Shown: positions 12,965 through 26,054, counted from the first letter of the stretch. The stretch: 64,000 nucleotides of DNA from Lytechinus pictus (GCF_037042905.1 NC_087261.1:9982001-10046000); one strand, 5' to 3'. Notes: generated by a model not told the origin, from the letters alone. Made by a program: numbers and translations.

Positions 12965-13914
12965 TGTCATGATGTAAATGATAATGTTGATTGTCAGCTT
13001 TTGCTTTCGTAACGATGGATCAAAATAAAAATGTCCACTATATTTCAATGAAAGTACAGAGTAAAATGATGCACTAAAAAGTAATACTTATAACACCAAA
13101 TTTTACCCAGGCCAGGGGCAGTTTTCATCCGAAGAATGAACTGTATTCATTGCCATATCCTCATCAAACCGAAAGACAAAAGTACTGTCAATAACCTCTT
13201 AACATGTTAAGAACCATTTGCACGCGAACATTTCAAAATTGTAACTTCTTACAATCAAATTCCACAATCTCCTTCCAATAATTTCAAACAACTGTGCTAG
13301 TTAAGCAACACAATTTCAGATACTTTGGCCTATCAATAGAACACAGTAAATTGTTTGGGTTGGAGCATGTTGGATTCCAATTCAAAGCTGCAAGGAGACA
13401 GTGAAGATAAATAAAATGTCTCAATTTTAATTAACCTTTTTCAGTATTCATAAACAGTACACGGTTTTTAAGAATTTAGAGGTCAGTGATTATTAGCTGA
13501 CAAGCTAATTCACGATCATTATGCCAAGAAAGTGAATCTGAAAGACTAGTTTTATAACTTCAATACAAAACACATGTATTTTTCTGTTTTAAGAGGCTTC
13601 TTATATGGTTATAATTATTTCTGTGTCATCATGTGCATAGAAAAGAATCGCTTAAACTCCTTGATACGTTAAAAAAATCACATTCACAATATACATGTAT
13701 ATGTGATCAACGGACTGCCATTAATAATTAGCTTTTAAGCAAACCTTAGATTTCCTCTCAGTCGCTTCGAATTAGGAGCCCTTATAAAAACAAACATAAC
13801 AATGTTTGAAAAGAAAAGGGACAAAACTGAAGTAAAAATTCTGATGAAGCATGGAACTTACTTAAACTTAAATTATCAATATCCCATTTTTTTTTTGAAA
13901 AACCGTCCCCAGGC

Positions 13915-14403
13915 CGCATACATTGGTAATTCTGAAGCTTCGTTATTCCGAAGGTTCGGATATTCCGAAGGTTCGTTATTCCGAAGGTTCGTATTTCCGA
14001 AGGTTCGTAATTCCGAAGGTTCGTTAGTCCGAAAACGAAATGAGGTTCGTAATTCCGAAGGTTCGTTAGTCCGAAAACGAAGTGAGGTTCGTAATTCCGA
14101 AGGTTCGTTAGTCCGAAAACTAATGATTAACGAACCTTATTTCGTTTTCGGACTAACGAACCTTCGGAACAACGAACCTTATTTCGTTTTCGGATTAACG
14201 AACCTTCGGAACATCGAACCTTATTTCGTTTTCGGATTATCGAACCTTCGGAATAACGAACCTTCGGAATAACGCCACAAATGTTCGGATTAACGAACCC
14301 TTTTACGTTTTCGGATTAACGAACATCGAGGTATAGGCAATTTACGTGTTTCGGAATTACGAACCGTCGGAATAAAGAACCTTCGGAATTACGAAGTGTA
14401 ACC
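13915..14403. mobile_element. Foldback MITE built from TTCCGAAGGTTCG repeats
   Basis: Left-arm repeats are mirrored by CGAACCTTCGGAA in the right arm; CCCCAGGC on both flanks; partial relatives at about 33680-33880 and 63801-63960. Confidence 0.85.
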
Positions 14404-14792
14404 CCCCAGGCTATAGAGAAACTCAACAATTATGCGATATAACACACTCTTTAAATTATATCAGATATAAATTCTGATAGTTTGTGGTTGGGGTGACCAG
14501 ACGAACTCAATAGACATGATGGATTTATGTCTTTAATCGCAAATTACTAATGTTGAATTATTTAGGACAAAATCAAATTCGATTTGTTACCTGCAGCCGA
14601 TCAGGATTAATTTTACATCCCAGAAATGTAGGTTGCACGTCATATAGACTAACGTGACAATAAGTAGCACTTAATGAGGATTGATCAAGTAAGGAAGTAC
14701 TTTGTGTCATCATTAAAAAAAAACTAATCGTGACATCATATCGGTTTATTGTCAGCTTGATCGTTACGAATTAAATTAATCTTTTCACACAG

Positions 14793-15101
14793 ACTCTTCC
14801 AAGATTCGTCTCATCGGAGGATCTGATGCTTCTAAAGGTAGGGTGGAGATCTTCTACGAAGGTGTTTGGGGAACAGTGTGTGACAAGACCTGGGACTTTC
14901 AGAGTGCCAAGGCTGTGTGCCGACTGCTCGGCTTTGAAGGGGCACTGGCGGCGCCTGGTGCTGCTGCGTATGGTCAAGGGTCTGGCAGGATTCTCGGTTG
15001 CGATTCCACAGATGACAAACTAGATTGCTACCATCAAGGGATTGGTGTCCTTGATTGCCATCATGACGACGACGCAGGAGTCAGATGCTTCATGGGGTCG
15101 G
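14793..15101 (+). CDS. SRCR receptor exon 2, SRCR domain 1 (6 Cys, shortened)
   Basis: cacag| acceptor and G|gtatgt donor, phase 1-1. Reads IRLIGGSDASKGRVEIFYEGVWGTVCDKTW...DDDAGVRC. Confidence 0.93.
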
Positions 15102-15766
15102 GTATGTGGTTCTAAACGTATCTGCATCAGTGGACCCACCTAAGGAAGATGACACGTTCATTGGTGTCAAAACGAATGAAAATCCTTTTCATTTTGAAGT
15201 TTTTAAAAGGCAGTTTAGACTCAATAGGCACCAGTGGCATACAGATGGTGAGGGGGGGGGGACTTGGACGCGCCCCCCCAAAAAAAATCACAACTGAGAA
15301 AAAGAAATAAAGGAAAGAGAGAAGGATTAAAATTTCTGAATATTATGTCAAAATCTATCAATTTGATTTGTTTAGATAAAAATGTCGAAATTTTGGCTCG
15401 CTTTATAAATTTTCCCTATACACCATATCTGGCCCTCTAAAAAAATATTTAGCTCATTACGCCACTCATTGGCACCATCTTCTGTTGGACTTCACCCTCT
15501 CAAAAGCAATATAAATCGTTGATCCATTGTGTACATGGTGTAGGCCTATAAGGAATTATGAGGCCACGGAAACGCTCCTGATTAAATTGCCAAGTAATAG
15601 CGGATAATAATTGTAAAAAAAATGTAATCAGTCTGAAAGTACACTTTTATTTTCTTCCTTCAGAGTGTAAACATTGAATTTAGGGTCATATTCAAATCAA
15701 ATCAAGAGTAAAAATTAAACAGTTCTTTATGTAGTCTTATCCGCAGCTTCGGATGCATGGCATTAA

Positions 15767-16361
15767 AGGGGAATCCAACCCAAATAAAAACTTGTTTTTA
15801 TAAGAAAAAGAAAAATCAGACAAGTTGATAGGTGAAAGTTTGAACAATATTGGACAAACAACAAGAAAGTTATGAATTTTTAAAAGTTGTAAATATTGGT
15901 AATCACTATACTCATGGAGACTTCAAATTGGCCGCATATGAGATGTCATAGTGATGTAAGGCAAGGACTACTCTTCCATGTACTCCAATACATATTATGG
16001 CTAAAATGTCATTTTTCCCAAAAGTTTTATTTCAAATTATATTTTTCTTTCATGAGGACATAAAGCAATATACTACCTGGGTTTTATTTAGATTACTGCC
16101 CCAGGGGAATGGGTACTTAGGAGAAAACCACAAATCCCTGATAATAAAATACATGGCCTATGGGAAAGTTGTCCTTGCCCCTTGTCATAATTTACTTACC
16201 TAGTTGCCAATTTGAAATCTACATACTATTAGTGATCTCAATTTTAAAGCAGCTATAACTTTCTTATTGCTTGTCCGATTTCTTTCAAACTTTCACCATT
16301 CTGTTTAAATTATTTTTCTCCTTCCCAACACAACATTTTATGGCCAAGGCTGGATTCCCCT
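15767..16361. mobile_element. TTAA-targeting MITE (Kolobok-like termini), copy 1
   Basis: TTAA|AGGGGAATCCA...TGGATTCCCCT|TTAA. Confidence 0.88.
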
Positions 16362-16389
16362 TTAACTTTTTAGTCTTTCCGCATTCCAG

Positions 16390-16728
16390 ATCCGTTCGAG
16401 GTTCGTCTTATGGGAGGCGACGGAGCAGATGGCGCTCCTGATGGAAGGCAGGGTAGGGTTGAAATTCTTTACGACGGAGCCTGGGGAACCGTCTGTGACA
16501 GCCACTGGGACGTCAGTGACGCAACGGTGGTATGTCGGATGCTAGACTTCGATGGCGCACTGGAAGCAACGCATTCTGCCAACTTCGGCAAGGGTTTGGG
16601 GGACAGTGTCTTGGATGGTGTCCGCTGCAGAGGATCAGAGGAGCACCTTGCAGACTGCATGCATGGTGGATTCGGGACAAATGTTTGCAGTCACGAAAAA
16701 GATGCGGGTGCCATCTGTTATTCCAATG
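16390..16728 (+). CDS. SRCR receptor exon 3, SRCR domain 2
   Basis: ttccag| acceptor; VRLMGG...GRVEILYDGAWGTVCDSHW...LDGVRCRGSE...HEKDAGAIC; G|gtgata donor (weak), phase 1-1. Confidence 0.92.
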
Positions 16729-17256
16729 GTGATAATCATAATAATTGCATTTTAAACACCCTTTTTTTCGATTCCCATACGAAATAAAATGTATCTTTTT
16801 TATTACAATCCCTGCCCGGCGGGGATTTTTCTTTTCTTGCCACTAACGGCTTAGATACTTTGATTCGATTGGGCTACAAATCTTGGACTTTCATTTTTTC
16901 CGGCAAAGTATCGCCTTAATTTTGATCAAGTTAAATGGAAATTTGTAGATTTGGTCCACAGTCATTCACGGATTCAAATTTGCAGCTTTTTAACTGTGAG
17001 CCAAAGGGTCACCTCATTCCGCCGCGCATACGAGTTGTTCGAGGAATTGCAAAGTACTGAATATCCAAGCGATTCTTGTTTGTGAATATTCATAAGATAA
17101 TGTCTACTTTTCGCAATGTACATAATTATTGAAAAATGAAATATAGCAATCCTACCTCGTTCGATTAATCATAAGCTATTACCCTACAGTATTGTGCTCT
17201 GACGCTATGTTCATCAACCGCTTCTTCTTCTTCTTCTTTCCAACTGCACCAACTAG

Positions 17257-17571
17257 TTCGTCTCGTAGGAGGATCGAACGCTGCCGAAGGCCGCGTTGAG
17301 ATACAGCAAGGTGGTAGATGGGGAACTGTTTGCCACGACCAATGGGACAGCTTTGATGCTACCGTTGTATGTAGAATGCTCGGGTTTCAAGGAGCCTTGG
17401 AGGCCCTGGGATCTGCACACTTTGGCAAAGGATCGGGAGAAATCTTCATGGACGAAGTCCAGTGCGAAGGAACAGAGTTACGTCTAACAGATTGTAAGCA
17501 CAACGGAATAGGTGAACACAACTGCGCACACAACGAGGACGCCAGCGTGGTGTGTGATACTTTCCAGAAAG
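17257..17571 (+). CDS. SRCR receptor exon 4, SRCR domain 3
   Basis: Pyrimidine tract plus ctag| acceptor; VRLVGGSNAAEGRVEIQQGGRWGTVCHDQW...MDEVQCEGTE...HNEDASVVC; G|gtatac donor, phase 1-1. Confidence 0.93.
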
Positions 17572-18143
17572 GTATACATACCCATGTAATAATATCATAT
17601 TTCACCATAGATTAGCAATAGAGATTTTGTTGTCAATACTCCCGAACGTGTTTAAGGAGGAACAGAATTACAAATGAATTGCTCATGGACATGAGTCCGG
17701 AGGGAAAACGATTCCTCGAACAAAACCTAATTTCCGCCCCAGTGTTTTAACCACACAATTTTTACTCATTTATGTTTAACCTTTCAATACTGATCTACTT
17801 GATTGATATGAAAAAAAAGGAAAAAATATCACGAGTTTGTCCTTAACATAGGCGTCAATGCAATACCATTGTGTTTTATCTAACAGTTTACTATGCCCCC
17901 CAAAAAACGATTGTCCAGCAAGCTATATGAAAACATCAATAACTCAATCCCACTTGCTCAATTTTCCTAGCCGGTGTCCCTGTAAAAGTAACTTTCTACC
18001 ATTTGCAAAAGAAGGGTAACGTTTTTTTTTTATTGTAGGCCTAAATCAAAATGATATTCTAGATGAAGGTCAAATTCACTAACCATTTTCCAAATGAATG
18101 ATCGAAACTTTGTATTTTTTCCATTTCTCAATCATTGCAATAG

Positions 18144-18739
18144 GCTGTTCTACAAATATAAATGTTGGTGTGATCGTTGGTACTGTACTAGGAACTATCA
18201 TCTTAATACTGATGCTCTTCATCGGTGTGGCAGTTTTGATATTAAGGGGCTTCCGTAGGATAGGGAGGAACAAGAAAAAGTACAAGGAGAATCTTTCACC
18301 GTCCTTCCCATCGGAGATCATGATCGGATCACTTGAACCTGAGGGTATCAATATCAAACCTCCAAAGCTGCCAGCTAGGGCATTAACATTTCCCATAGGC
18401 TTTCGAAAAGGTGAAAAGTCCCCTCCAGGTGGGACGGTGGAAATCTGTCAGAGTCCCAAACCTGAAGATGCAGACCCTGTAGGCCTTAACACTGGTCATG
18501 CTGGTGAAGATTGCGTCTACATGAGCATGGAAACAGAGTACATGGCGCCCTCTGCGTCCAACGATGATCAGGATACAATCTCGACCACATTGCACAGGTC
18601 AGTGGTCTCGGATGAAGAAGGAACAGTCGCAGTCAAGGACAGTGTTTATATGGGGGACGAGCAGGTCGAAGCCGACAATCTTTCGGATATCGAAGAAGTG
18701 GTCGCTTCTAAAGTGGAGGATGATATTACTTCAGAATGA
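18144..18739 (+). CDS. SRCR receptor exon 5, transmembrane helix and cytoplasmic tail
   Basis: aatag| acceptor in phase 1; hydrophobic VGVIVGTVLGTIILILMLFIGVAVLIL followed by basic RGFRRIGRNKKK; stop at 18739. The five exons total 1674 nt (557 aa). Confidence 0.88.
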
Positions 18740-19137
18740 AAATGCATGCCCGACCTAGACCTAAAAGTATCTGACTCCATATAAGAAAGATACTTAAGCA
18801 ACTTGTCCGACACTCAGCACTGAACTGTATTATAAAACAAAACCTCAAGTTTCTACTTCTTCGGTTGCTACACTGGACTACTTTTGTCTTCACAACACCA
18901 CCTCCATAAAAGTCATCTTCCACTCTGTGCAAAGCCCCTGCACCCCCAAAATTACTTATTGATTTTAACCGTTGTATTAATTTTTTTTCATCGAAATGTA
19001 GATCTATGAATGATTGTAGTTTTGAAAATAATCAGAATCTAGTCTAGTTAACACCCCCGTGCAATTTCAGAAGTCCGTTGTAAATTTACGAACAGCGTTA
19101 TGTATTATACCTAAAAGGGGACTTATTGTCAATGAAG

Positions 19138-19570
19138 GCCACGGCCGCACACCTTACGACTCGTCCATGATCCGATTTTTATACAAATCGCATTTTGCTA
19201 AAAGTTTCAGACAATGTGAATAAAAAGTATCCTTACCTTTGAAGTCCGTATTAAATGAAAGAATACTAATATAACAAGTTTGGATGATTGCAAGGCAGCC
19301 TTTATCATGTTTATTTAGGAGTAAAGACCAAATAAGTCAAAAATCGTAGCTAATTGTACGATTGCTCTGACGCCATTACGACTAGATATTAAATTCGATT
19401 TTACTCTTATAAGGATGACAGCAGAGTCACAGATTTGAACGTAGGTATTCGTAAGATGATTTAGAACATTACACAACAAGATATTCCATGTCTCAACGTT
19501 AGAATCAAATTCTACTACGTTTTATTCCAAAATCTGTTCGCAGACCAATCGTAAGGTGAGCGGTGGCATT
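19138..19570. mobile_element. MITE in the 3' region between the two genes
   Basis: GCCGCACACCTTACGA...TCGTAAGGTGAGCGGTGGC imperfect TIRs. Confidence 0.6.
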
Positions 19571-21096
19571 AAGAATGGCTTGTTACATCAATTGTGAAAT
19601 TTAGGTCCTACATATACTTATTTATAGCCCTGTACCATGTATGCTTTTATAATAGTTAAATGGCTAAGATATCGTATATTGTGTTAGAAGCTACAATTAA
19701 GAAGGACACATAATAAAAAACATTATACACCAGTTATTACTATGATATTAACATAATGATAAAGCTAGTTTTATTGTTCTAGGAATACATGTAATTGAGT
19801 CGAACAATATTTGGCAATAATTTCGCTTATGATTATGCAAGAAATTAAGTAAAATGCGAATAAATAAATCGAACATTACAACCCTGATTAAAATATATAA
19901 TACCAAACAATTGTTGATATAAATAATGAGTACATGATTCTAAAAATGCAAAAATATGTATATCTCCAAAGTCTGTTAGAAGATTCATCAGTCAGAATGT
20001 TCTATTTTCGCATAGTATAATGTAAAATAATAAAAACTTAAGTTTTAACATGTAATTAATGTTCATTAAAAGGAACAAAAACGAGGGCACAAAAAATCTG
20101 AAATCACTTTCTTCATTAAAAATGGAGATAGTGATTACTTGGTGGGACAGGTGCCGTATGATAGAGAGAGAGAGGGGGGGGGAGCAGCGGAAGGGGGAGG
20201 CGGAGAGAGAGTGGGTTGATAGGAGCAAGAGAGTGAAGATGCATGGGAAATTACCAGGAAACAACGAAAACTATTTAAACTTAAAAACACATAATCATTG
20301 CAGCAGTACGAACATGACAAAGTCACAAATCAACGCAAAAGATTCTCCCTTAGTCCATGAAAATCTTATTTGAATTTATCTGTATCGTTTTAATCTTGTC
20401 GACCAAATAGGTGGTACTAATTCACCACAGGACAATGTTTTATTCGTTAATCGCTCTCGCACCTGTTTCCTCTCTTCTTCTCTATGAAAAACATAATGTC
20501 TCTTTACCATGTTTACATCCCCCTCCTTTTCCATGTGATTCTTCTTCGTCATCTTCATCATCACCGTCTTCTTCTCTTCTTAATCATCATCATCATCATC
20601 ATCACCACCATCATCACCATCTTCTTCTTCTCCTCCTTCTTATTCTTCCTCTTCTTCGCCTTCTTCTTCTTCTCCTCCTTTATCAAGTTTATATTCTACT
20701 TTGGGTTCTTAAAATTGGTAAAATTCTGCGACTGTGAATCTAAACGTCGTCCCATTTGCTTAAATACCATTGTTTAACATTATTTCAATGTAGACGTTCT
20801 GGGGCCCATTTGTAGAAACAGACGCAATTAAACACAACTCTAAATACACACGTGACTTGATTTTCAACCAATTAGAAGCACGCATTCTCGACTTGCGTTT
20901 AAATTTGTTGCGTTTACGCACAACTCTTCATGCACCGTTCGGGACCCTTGCGTACTTGCTTAGTTGAGTAAGAACAATACAATTTTTTTAGTTACTTATG
21001 AAGCACCATTATATTTTTGAACCGGAAAGTTCACAATATTGCCAGGGACAACAGCAGCAGCAGTTATGACCACGCCGGTGGATTATTTGTCAACGC

Positions 21097-22285
21097 TCAA
21101 GGGGAATCTGGCGGGAGAGATGGGGGACGCGGATGATGGAATTCCGCCGAGATGCGCGTCACCGCAGACACTGAATTCCCGCGTCCGACATTAACATAAT
21201 CGTGTTTAGTTGGTGTCGCAGAAGGGCTACCCATAACACCTATCCCGCCATTTGGTGATTTCATGTCTGCAAGTGATGCATACTGCGGCGACTCAGGTCC
21301 AGACAGTCCCGTATGGTCGGACCCGCCGTTAGTTTTTAATGTTAACGGGGATGGTCGATTCCGTTCCTTAGCACTTTCATGAGGCGAATCCCCTTCACCT
21401 GCAATACCGTTCGCTTTTAAAATTTCAGGTGGTGCTGGTTTGGGTTCACCTAAACTGTCGTATGGCGACTCATCCAGGTAACCACCGTTCACAGCTGCTG
21501 CTTCGGTTTCGCCTTTCACGTGTGAATCACTCTCATTATCAGACTTGGGGGACTCTGGATTCGAATTGTCCTCACCATTTCGAACATTGGCATCCGTCTC
21601 TGAGGTTTCAACTTCTCCATTTTTCTCTGTATCATGATCAAAGCCATTCTCTTTTGGCGTTTCAGGTTTTGGGGACGGTGGACGCGCAGTGTGAACGACC
21701 ACATGCTCTGTTGTCGGCGAGTTCTTCGACGGCAACGAAGGTGACGATCTTGCCGAAGATTCTTCATTATCGTACCCGTGGTTGACCCGACCATCGAATT
21801 CCACCATGAGCGCGTCTAGCATCTCACTGCTTCTACTTGATCTTAATTCACCCTTGAAGACCTCATCGAGGCCGTTGTCCACAGATGATACGATTGAAAC
21901 CGTCGAGAATCTTTTCATCGGTGCTGGGTTTGGCAGGGTACTTTCGACCTCGCTATCCGTTCGGGCGCCTTTCGGACTAACGTATCCAACTTCGGCATGA
22001 CTCGTAACCGATCGGGAGCTCGATTTCTTCGGATTCTTTTTCGGTGGCAGTTCGGGCCTGTTTCGGTTCAGTGTGACACGCTTGACGAATTGTTGCTTCA
22101 TGGTACTCAGTGAGTGTGTCAGTGTGCCACCTTTTTTAATATTGTCTGTTTCTCCTTCCGGGTTGTCTGTGAGATCCTTTTCCGGGTCACGATTACGTCT
22201 GAGGGTACCGCCGAGTGTTCCTTTTTTCTTGATGTACCCCAGCACAACTTGAGGGACGTGTTTGTTTTGCTCCTCTTTCCGTTTC
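21097..22285 (-). CDS. WSC-CCP receptor exon 6, long cytoplasmic tail
   Basis: ttttttatgacag| acceptor in phase 2; starts RKRKEE (stop-transfer); S/P/E-rich open frame to the stop at 21097. The six exons total 2403 nt (800 aa). Confidence 0.88.
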
Positions 22286-22880
22286 CTGTCATAAAAAAAG
22301 AAAGAAATATATTGAATTTTGTCATTTATGAATATATACATTTTTTACGAGCCGATTGAAATATTATCATGACCATGAAAACAAGTTTGGACAAACGTTG
22401 ATAATTAGTTTTTGTAATCATCGAATTCAAATTTAATTTGGAACAACATTAAATCGATAAAAAAATAATTAAGATACAAAACCAGACACGGTCTTTCTGC
22501 TAATACGGATTTTTCGCTCCGCAACCTAAGGAGGACTCAAGAACATACAAAATGTATTGTCAAATGCCCTTCATGACAAAAATCAACCAAGAATTCTTTG
22601 TAGAGTTATGGTGAATCAAAACAGCGGTTTCGTCATCGACTCTGGACAACGAGATGCATGCTTGCAATTTTTCGTCAGCTGCGAAACCTAAGACCAAACT
22701 ACTCTTCCGGTTCAACAATTTCGACAAAAACCTCCTAGCTGCTCCTTGTCATTTGATGGGCATTTTCAGTACATTGACTGTATTCTTGAACCGTCCGTAC
22801 ATTGCGGAGCAAAACCTCCATAATGACAGTGGATGCATCCGATTAAAACGTACAGGTGCGAGGAATTTCAGTACCTTCTT

Positions 22881-24736
22881 CATAGGCGGATCCGGAGCAA
22901 AAAAGGGAAAAAGAGGAAAGAAACAAAAAGAAGAAAAAAGGGGGAAAAGAGGAGAAAAAAGAAAAGGAGGAAGACGAGTGAATAAAATAAGATTAGGGGA
23001 AGACTTGGAAATAAGAAGAAAATTTCATGTCACTATATTAAACTTTCGCTCGCGCTTCGCGCTCGCATTGCCTGTTAGGTGATTTTCATATCTTGTTCAA
23101 TATGGAGTTTAAATATCAAGTTTGGAAGTCAATATACAAAACATATTTCAACTCGGAAATCGAACTTTCATTATTTTGTGTGATTTACAAATTGATTTTT
23201 AAAAAGTGCTCTGTAAAAATTTCAGTTTTATAGTCTGAATATAAACATTTTCTGCTCGCGCTGCGCGCTCGCAAATTTTGATTTATCAGGTACCTATTAT
23301 TTTCGTGTATTCCATAAAGTTTTCAAAATATCCCTTTTCAGGTCTGACTGTCAAAACAAATGCTAACGCTGCACGCTCGCATTTTGATTGGCGAGTTATG
23401 TATGTCTCAATATTGATTATACAACAAACTACTTAAAATCCCCTTTTCATGACATCAGTTTATCAAAAATTTTGGCTCGCAATTTGCGCTCGTATTAGTG
23501 GTTGAAAATATATTAACTGATGCATCCTATTTATGATTACAAAAAGTGCTTGAAATGTCCAGTTTTCAGGCTATATTATCATCAGATTTCGCGCCCTCAT
23601 TAGGCATTAATGAAATAAGATGTTAATTTAATAATTAAAATTGTTATGAAACACGTGCGCCCATGTTTATTCAGATACTCAACTTGTTCTCTATTTAAAC
23701 CATCCAGTTTCAGATCACAATATAAAAAATTTCTGCTTGCGCTTTGTGCTCGCATTATTGATGTAATTGGAAGATCCCCAATTACTCATCCTTTTTATGA
23801 TTTACAAAACATGAATAGAGTGTCTCGTTCACTAGGTCTAAGTCTCGAAATTTCTGCTCGCGCTTTGCGCTCGCATCGATTGTTTAGTTAGGCCTATATA
23901 GCTACCCTTTTCACTATTGCAAAAAATGATTAAAATTTTCCATTCTTTATGTAGAAATGTCAAAAATTTTCAGCTCGCGCTTCGCGCTCGCATTATTTGA
24001 TTGTGGAAATACTTATGTAACCTCTTCATGGCTAAGTGCAAGCAGTCTTTAACAGGTATCTTTTCGATCAGTTCAAAACGTATATAAAAAATTTCTGCTC
24101 CAGCTTTGCGCTCGCATTATCAATGTAAGGAAGATCCCCAATCACTCATCCTTTTCATGATTTACAAAACATGAATAGTGTTTCGTTCAGTAGGTCTAAA
24201 TCTCGAAATTTTCCGCTCACGCTTCGCGCCAATTGTTTGGTTATATACCTATTCTGTTTAACTTACAAAAAGTGCATAGAATTTCCATTCTTTGGGTAAA
24301 AATGTCAAAAAATTTCAGCTCGCGCTTCGGCGCTTCGCGCTCGCATTATTTGATTTATAAATATATTCATGGCTAACTGCATGCAGTCTTTAACAGGTAT
24401 CTTTTCCATCAGTTCATTTCTGCTCGCGCTTCGCGTTCGTAGTAATTATTTAGTTGAATACAGATCTTTTTAAGGATAACAAACATTGCCCAGAACGTTC
24501 AAATTTTAGGAATAAATACATAAGATTTCCAAAAAAATTTTTAACTCGCGCTCGCATGATATAAATAAGGATTATGATATATTTATATTGATTTATAAGA
24601 ATAAAGCTAAGAAGTGACTATTAGGACTACCCCTTCAAAGAAACCAAAACATCATCTTCGAGCAGCCGATCGGGGAAAATATGGCTGAAAAAAAATTCCG
24701 GGCCCCCCCTATTGGCGAAGGCTGGATCCGCCCCTG
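22881..24736. mobile_element. 1.86-kb non-autonomous TIR element with internal tandem array
   Basis: CATAGGCGGATCC...GGATCCGCCCCTG termini; flanks CCTTCTT/CCTTCTA; internal GCTCGCGCTTCGCGCTCGCATT units. Confidence 0.8.
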
Positions 24737-25100
24737 CCTTCTACCATTAATTGTCAGTGAAAATTGCTGACGTATCTCTTCGTGAAGTGCTTCCCATTAG
24801 AGTGTCCCATGGAGCATATCCACATGACAACAGTTATAAGCCTCAGTCATACTGAATTAGCGTTTCTGGTGCACTCTAAAAACACTGAGTAAAATGTTAC
24901 CCAATATTGGGTAAAATGGGAACATGCATGTTTGCTGGGTATTTTTATACCCCATATTGGGCAAAATGCAATTTGAAGGGTAAATTTCAACGCAACATTG
25001 CGTAAAATTTCTTTACCCAACCAACATGCATGTTCCCATTTTACCCAATATTGGGTAAACCTTTTTTTTATAGTTTGAAAACTAACCACACATTCCTTAC

Positions 25101-25176
25101 CTGTAACAACAAATGGCCATGATGACGATTAGGATGACGATGAGAGGCACCACCACGGCTACGGCGATCACCCAAC
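25101..25176 (-). CDS. WSC-CCP receptor exon 5, transmembrane helix
   Basis: gacag| acceptor; GWVIAVAVVVPLIVILIVIMAICCYR; AG|gtaagg donor; phase 1-2, which matches the last exon. Confidence 0.9.
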
Positions 25177-25388
25177 CTGTCGATGACGAAAGATAAACAA
25201 AAATAAGATGCAAACAATTATAACGCTTTGAAGGAATACTCCGCTCCGATTTACCCAGAATAGAAATTGATGTCAAATATTTCAGCGACGATTTCGATCA
25301 GAATTTCGGTCGTGATTTTCCTCAAGGTGTTAAATCTTGCAGGGGGGAAATGATTCATGATTTTCTTCCGTTTTGCTTGGGAATTATT

Positions 25389-26054
25389 CCCGGGGGGGCC
25401 ACTTCCATTGACGAGTGGATACCATGCGCGACCACGGGGTCTTGAAAAGCACCCTAAACACGTATTTTCCATATTCTGAAAATGCACCCCTTAACAAGTA
25501 TTGGCGTGTGAAACCCTACCCTTAACAAGTATTGGAAACAAATACTATTGGCAAGTATTCCCAGAACTGAGCCCCTAAACAAGTACAGCGATGTATTTTC
25601 CATATTCTGAAAATGCACCCCTTAACAAGTATTGGAAACAAAACGATACTCTTAGCAAGTATTCCCTGAAATGAACCCCTAAACAAGTACAGAGATATTT
25701 TATTGTTATGTCACGCGTCCCACGGTCGTCGGTTTTACCTTTAGACACCATTTGGTTTAGTACGGCCCCACCTTCCACACCTCGCGCAAATCGGACTCTA
25801 AACACGTAGTGTTGGGGCAAAAAGGACATCCTTTATAAAACATTTTGATTTTGTTTTATCATCCCCGCATATTTGACCCAAAACACGTATATTTTTCCGA
25901 GTGAAATAGATACCCTTTTTTAAATATTTTTGTGTTTTTGACACCCTTATCACGTTACGTACGTAACGTGCCCTATCTTGAAAAAGACATCCTTTTTACG
26001 TGTTTTTTTGGTCGCGCATGGTATCCACTCGTCAATGTAAGTGGCCCCCCCGGG
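25389..26054. mobile_element. MITE with about 45-bp TIRs and 8-bp TSD
   Basis: CCCGGGGGGGCCACTTCCATTGACGAGTGGATACCATGCGCGACCA and its inverse; TSD GAATTATT; internal duplication. Confidence 0.9.

Noticed and set aside
13802-14272. 156-aa repetitive ORF and CRISPR-like short repeats
   Set aside because: The ORF is a translation of a foldback MITE. The repeats have no unique spacers, no cas genes are present, and the context is eukaryotic.
19992-20777. Several 90-108-aa ORFs between the two genes
   Set aside because: They derive from GA and CAT/CTT microsatellites and show no splice or domain evidence.
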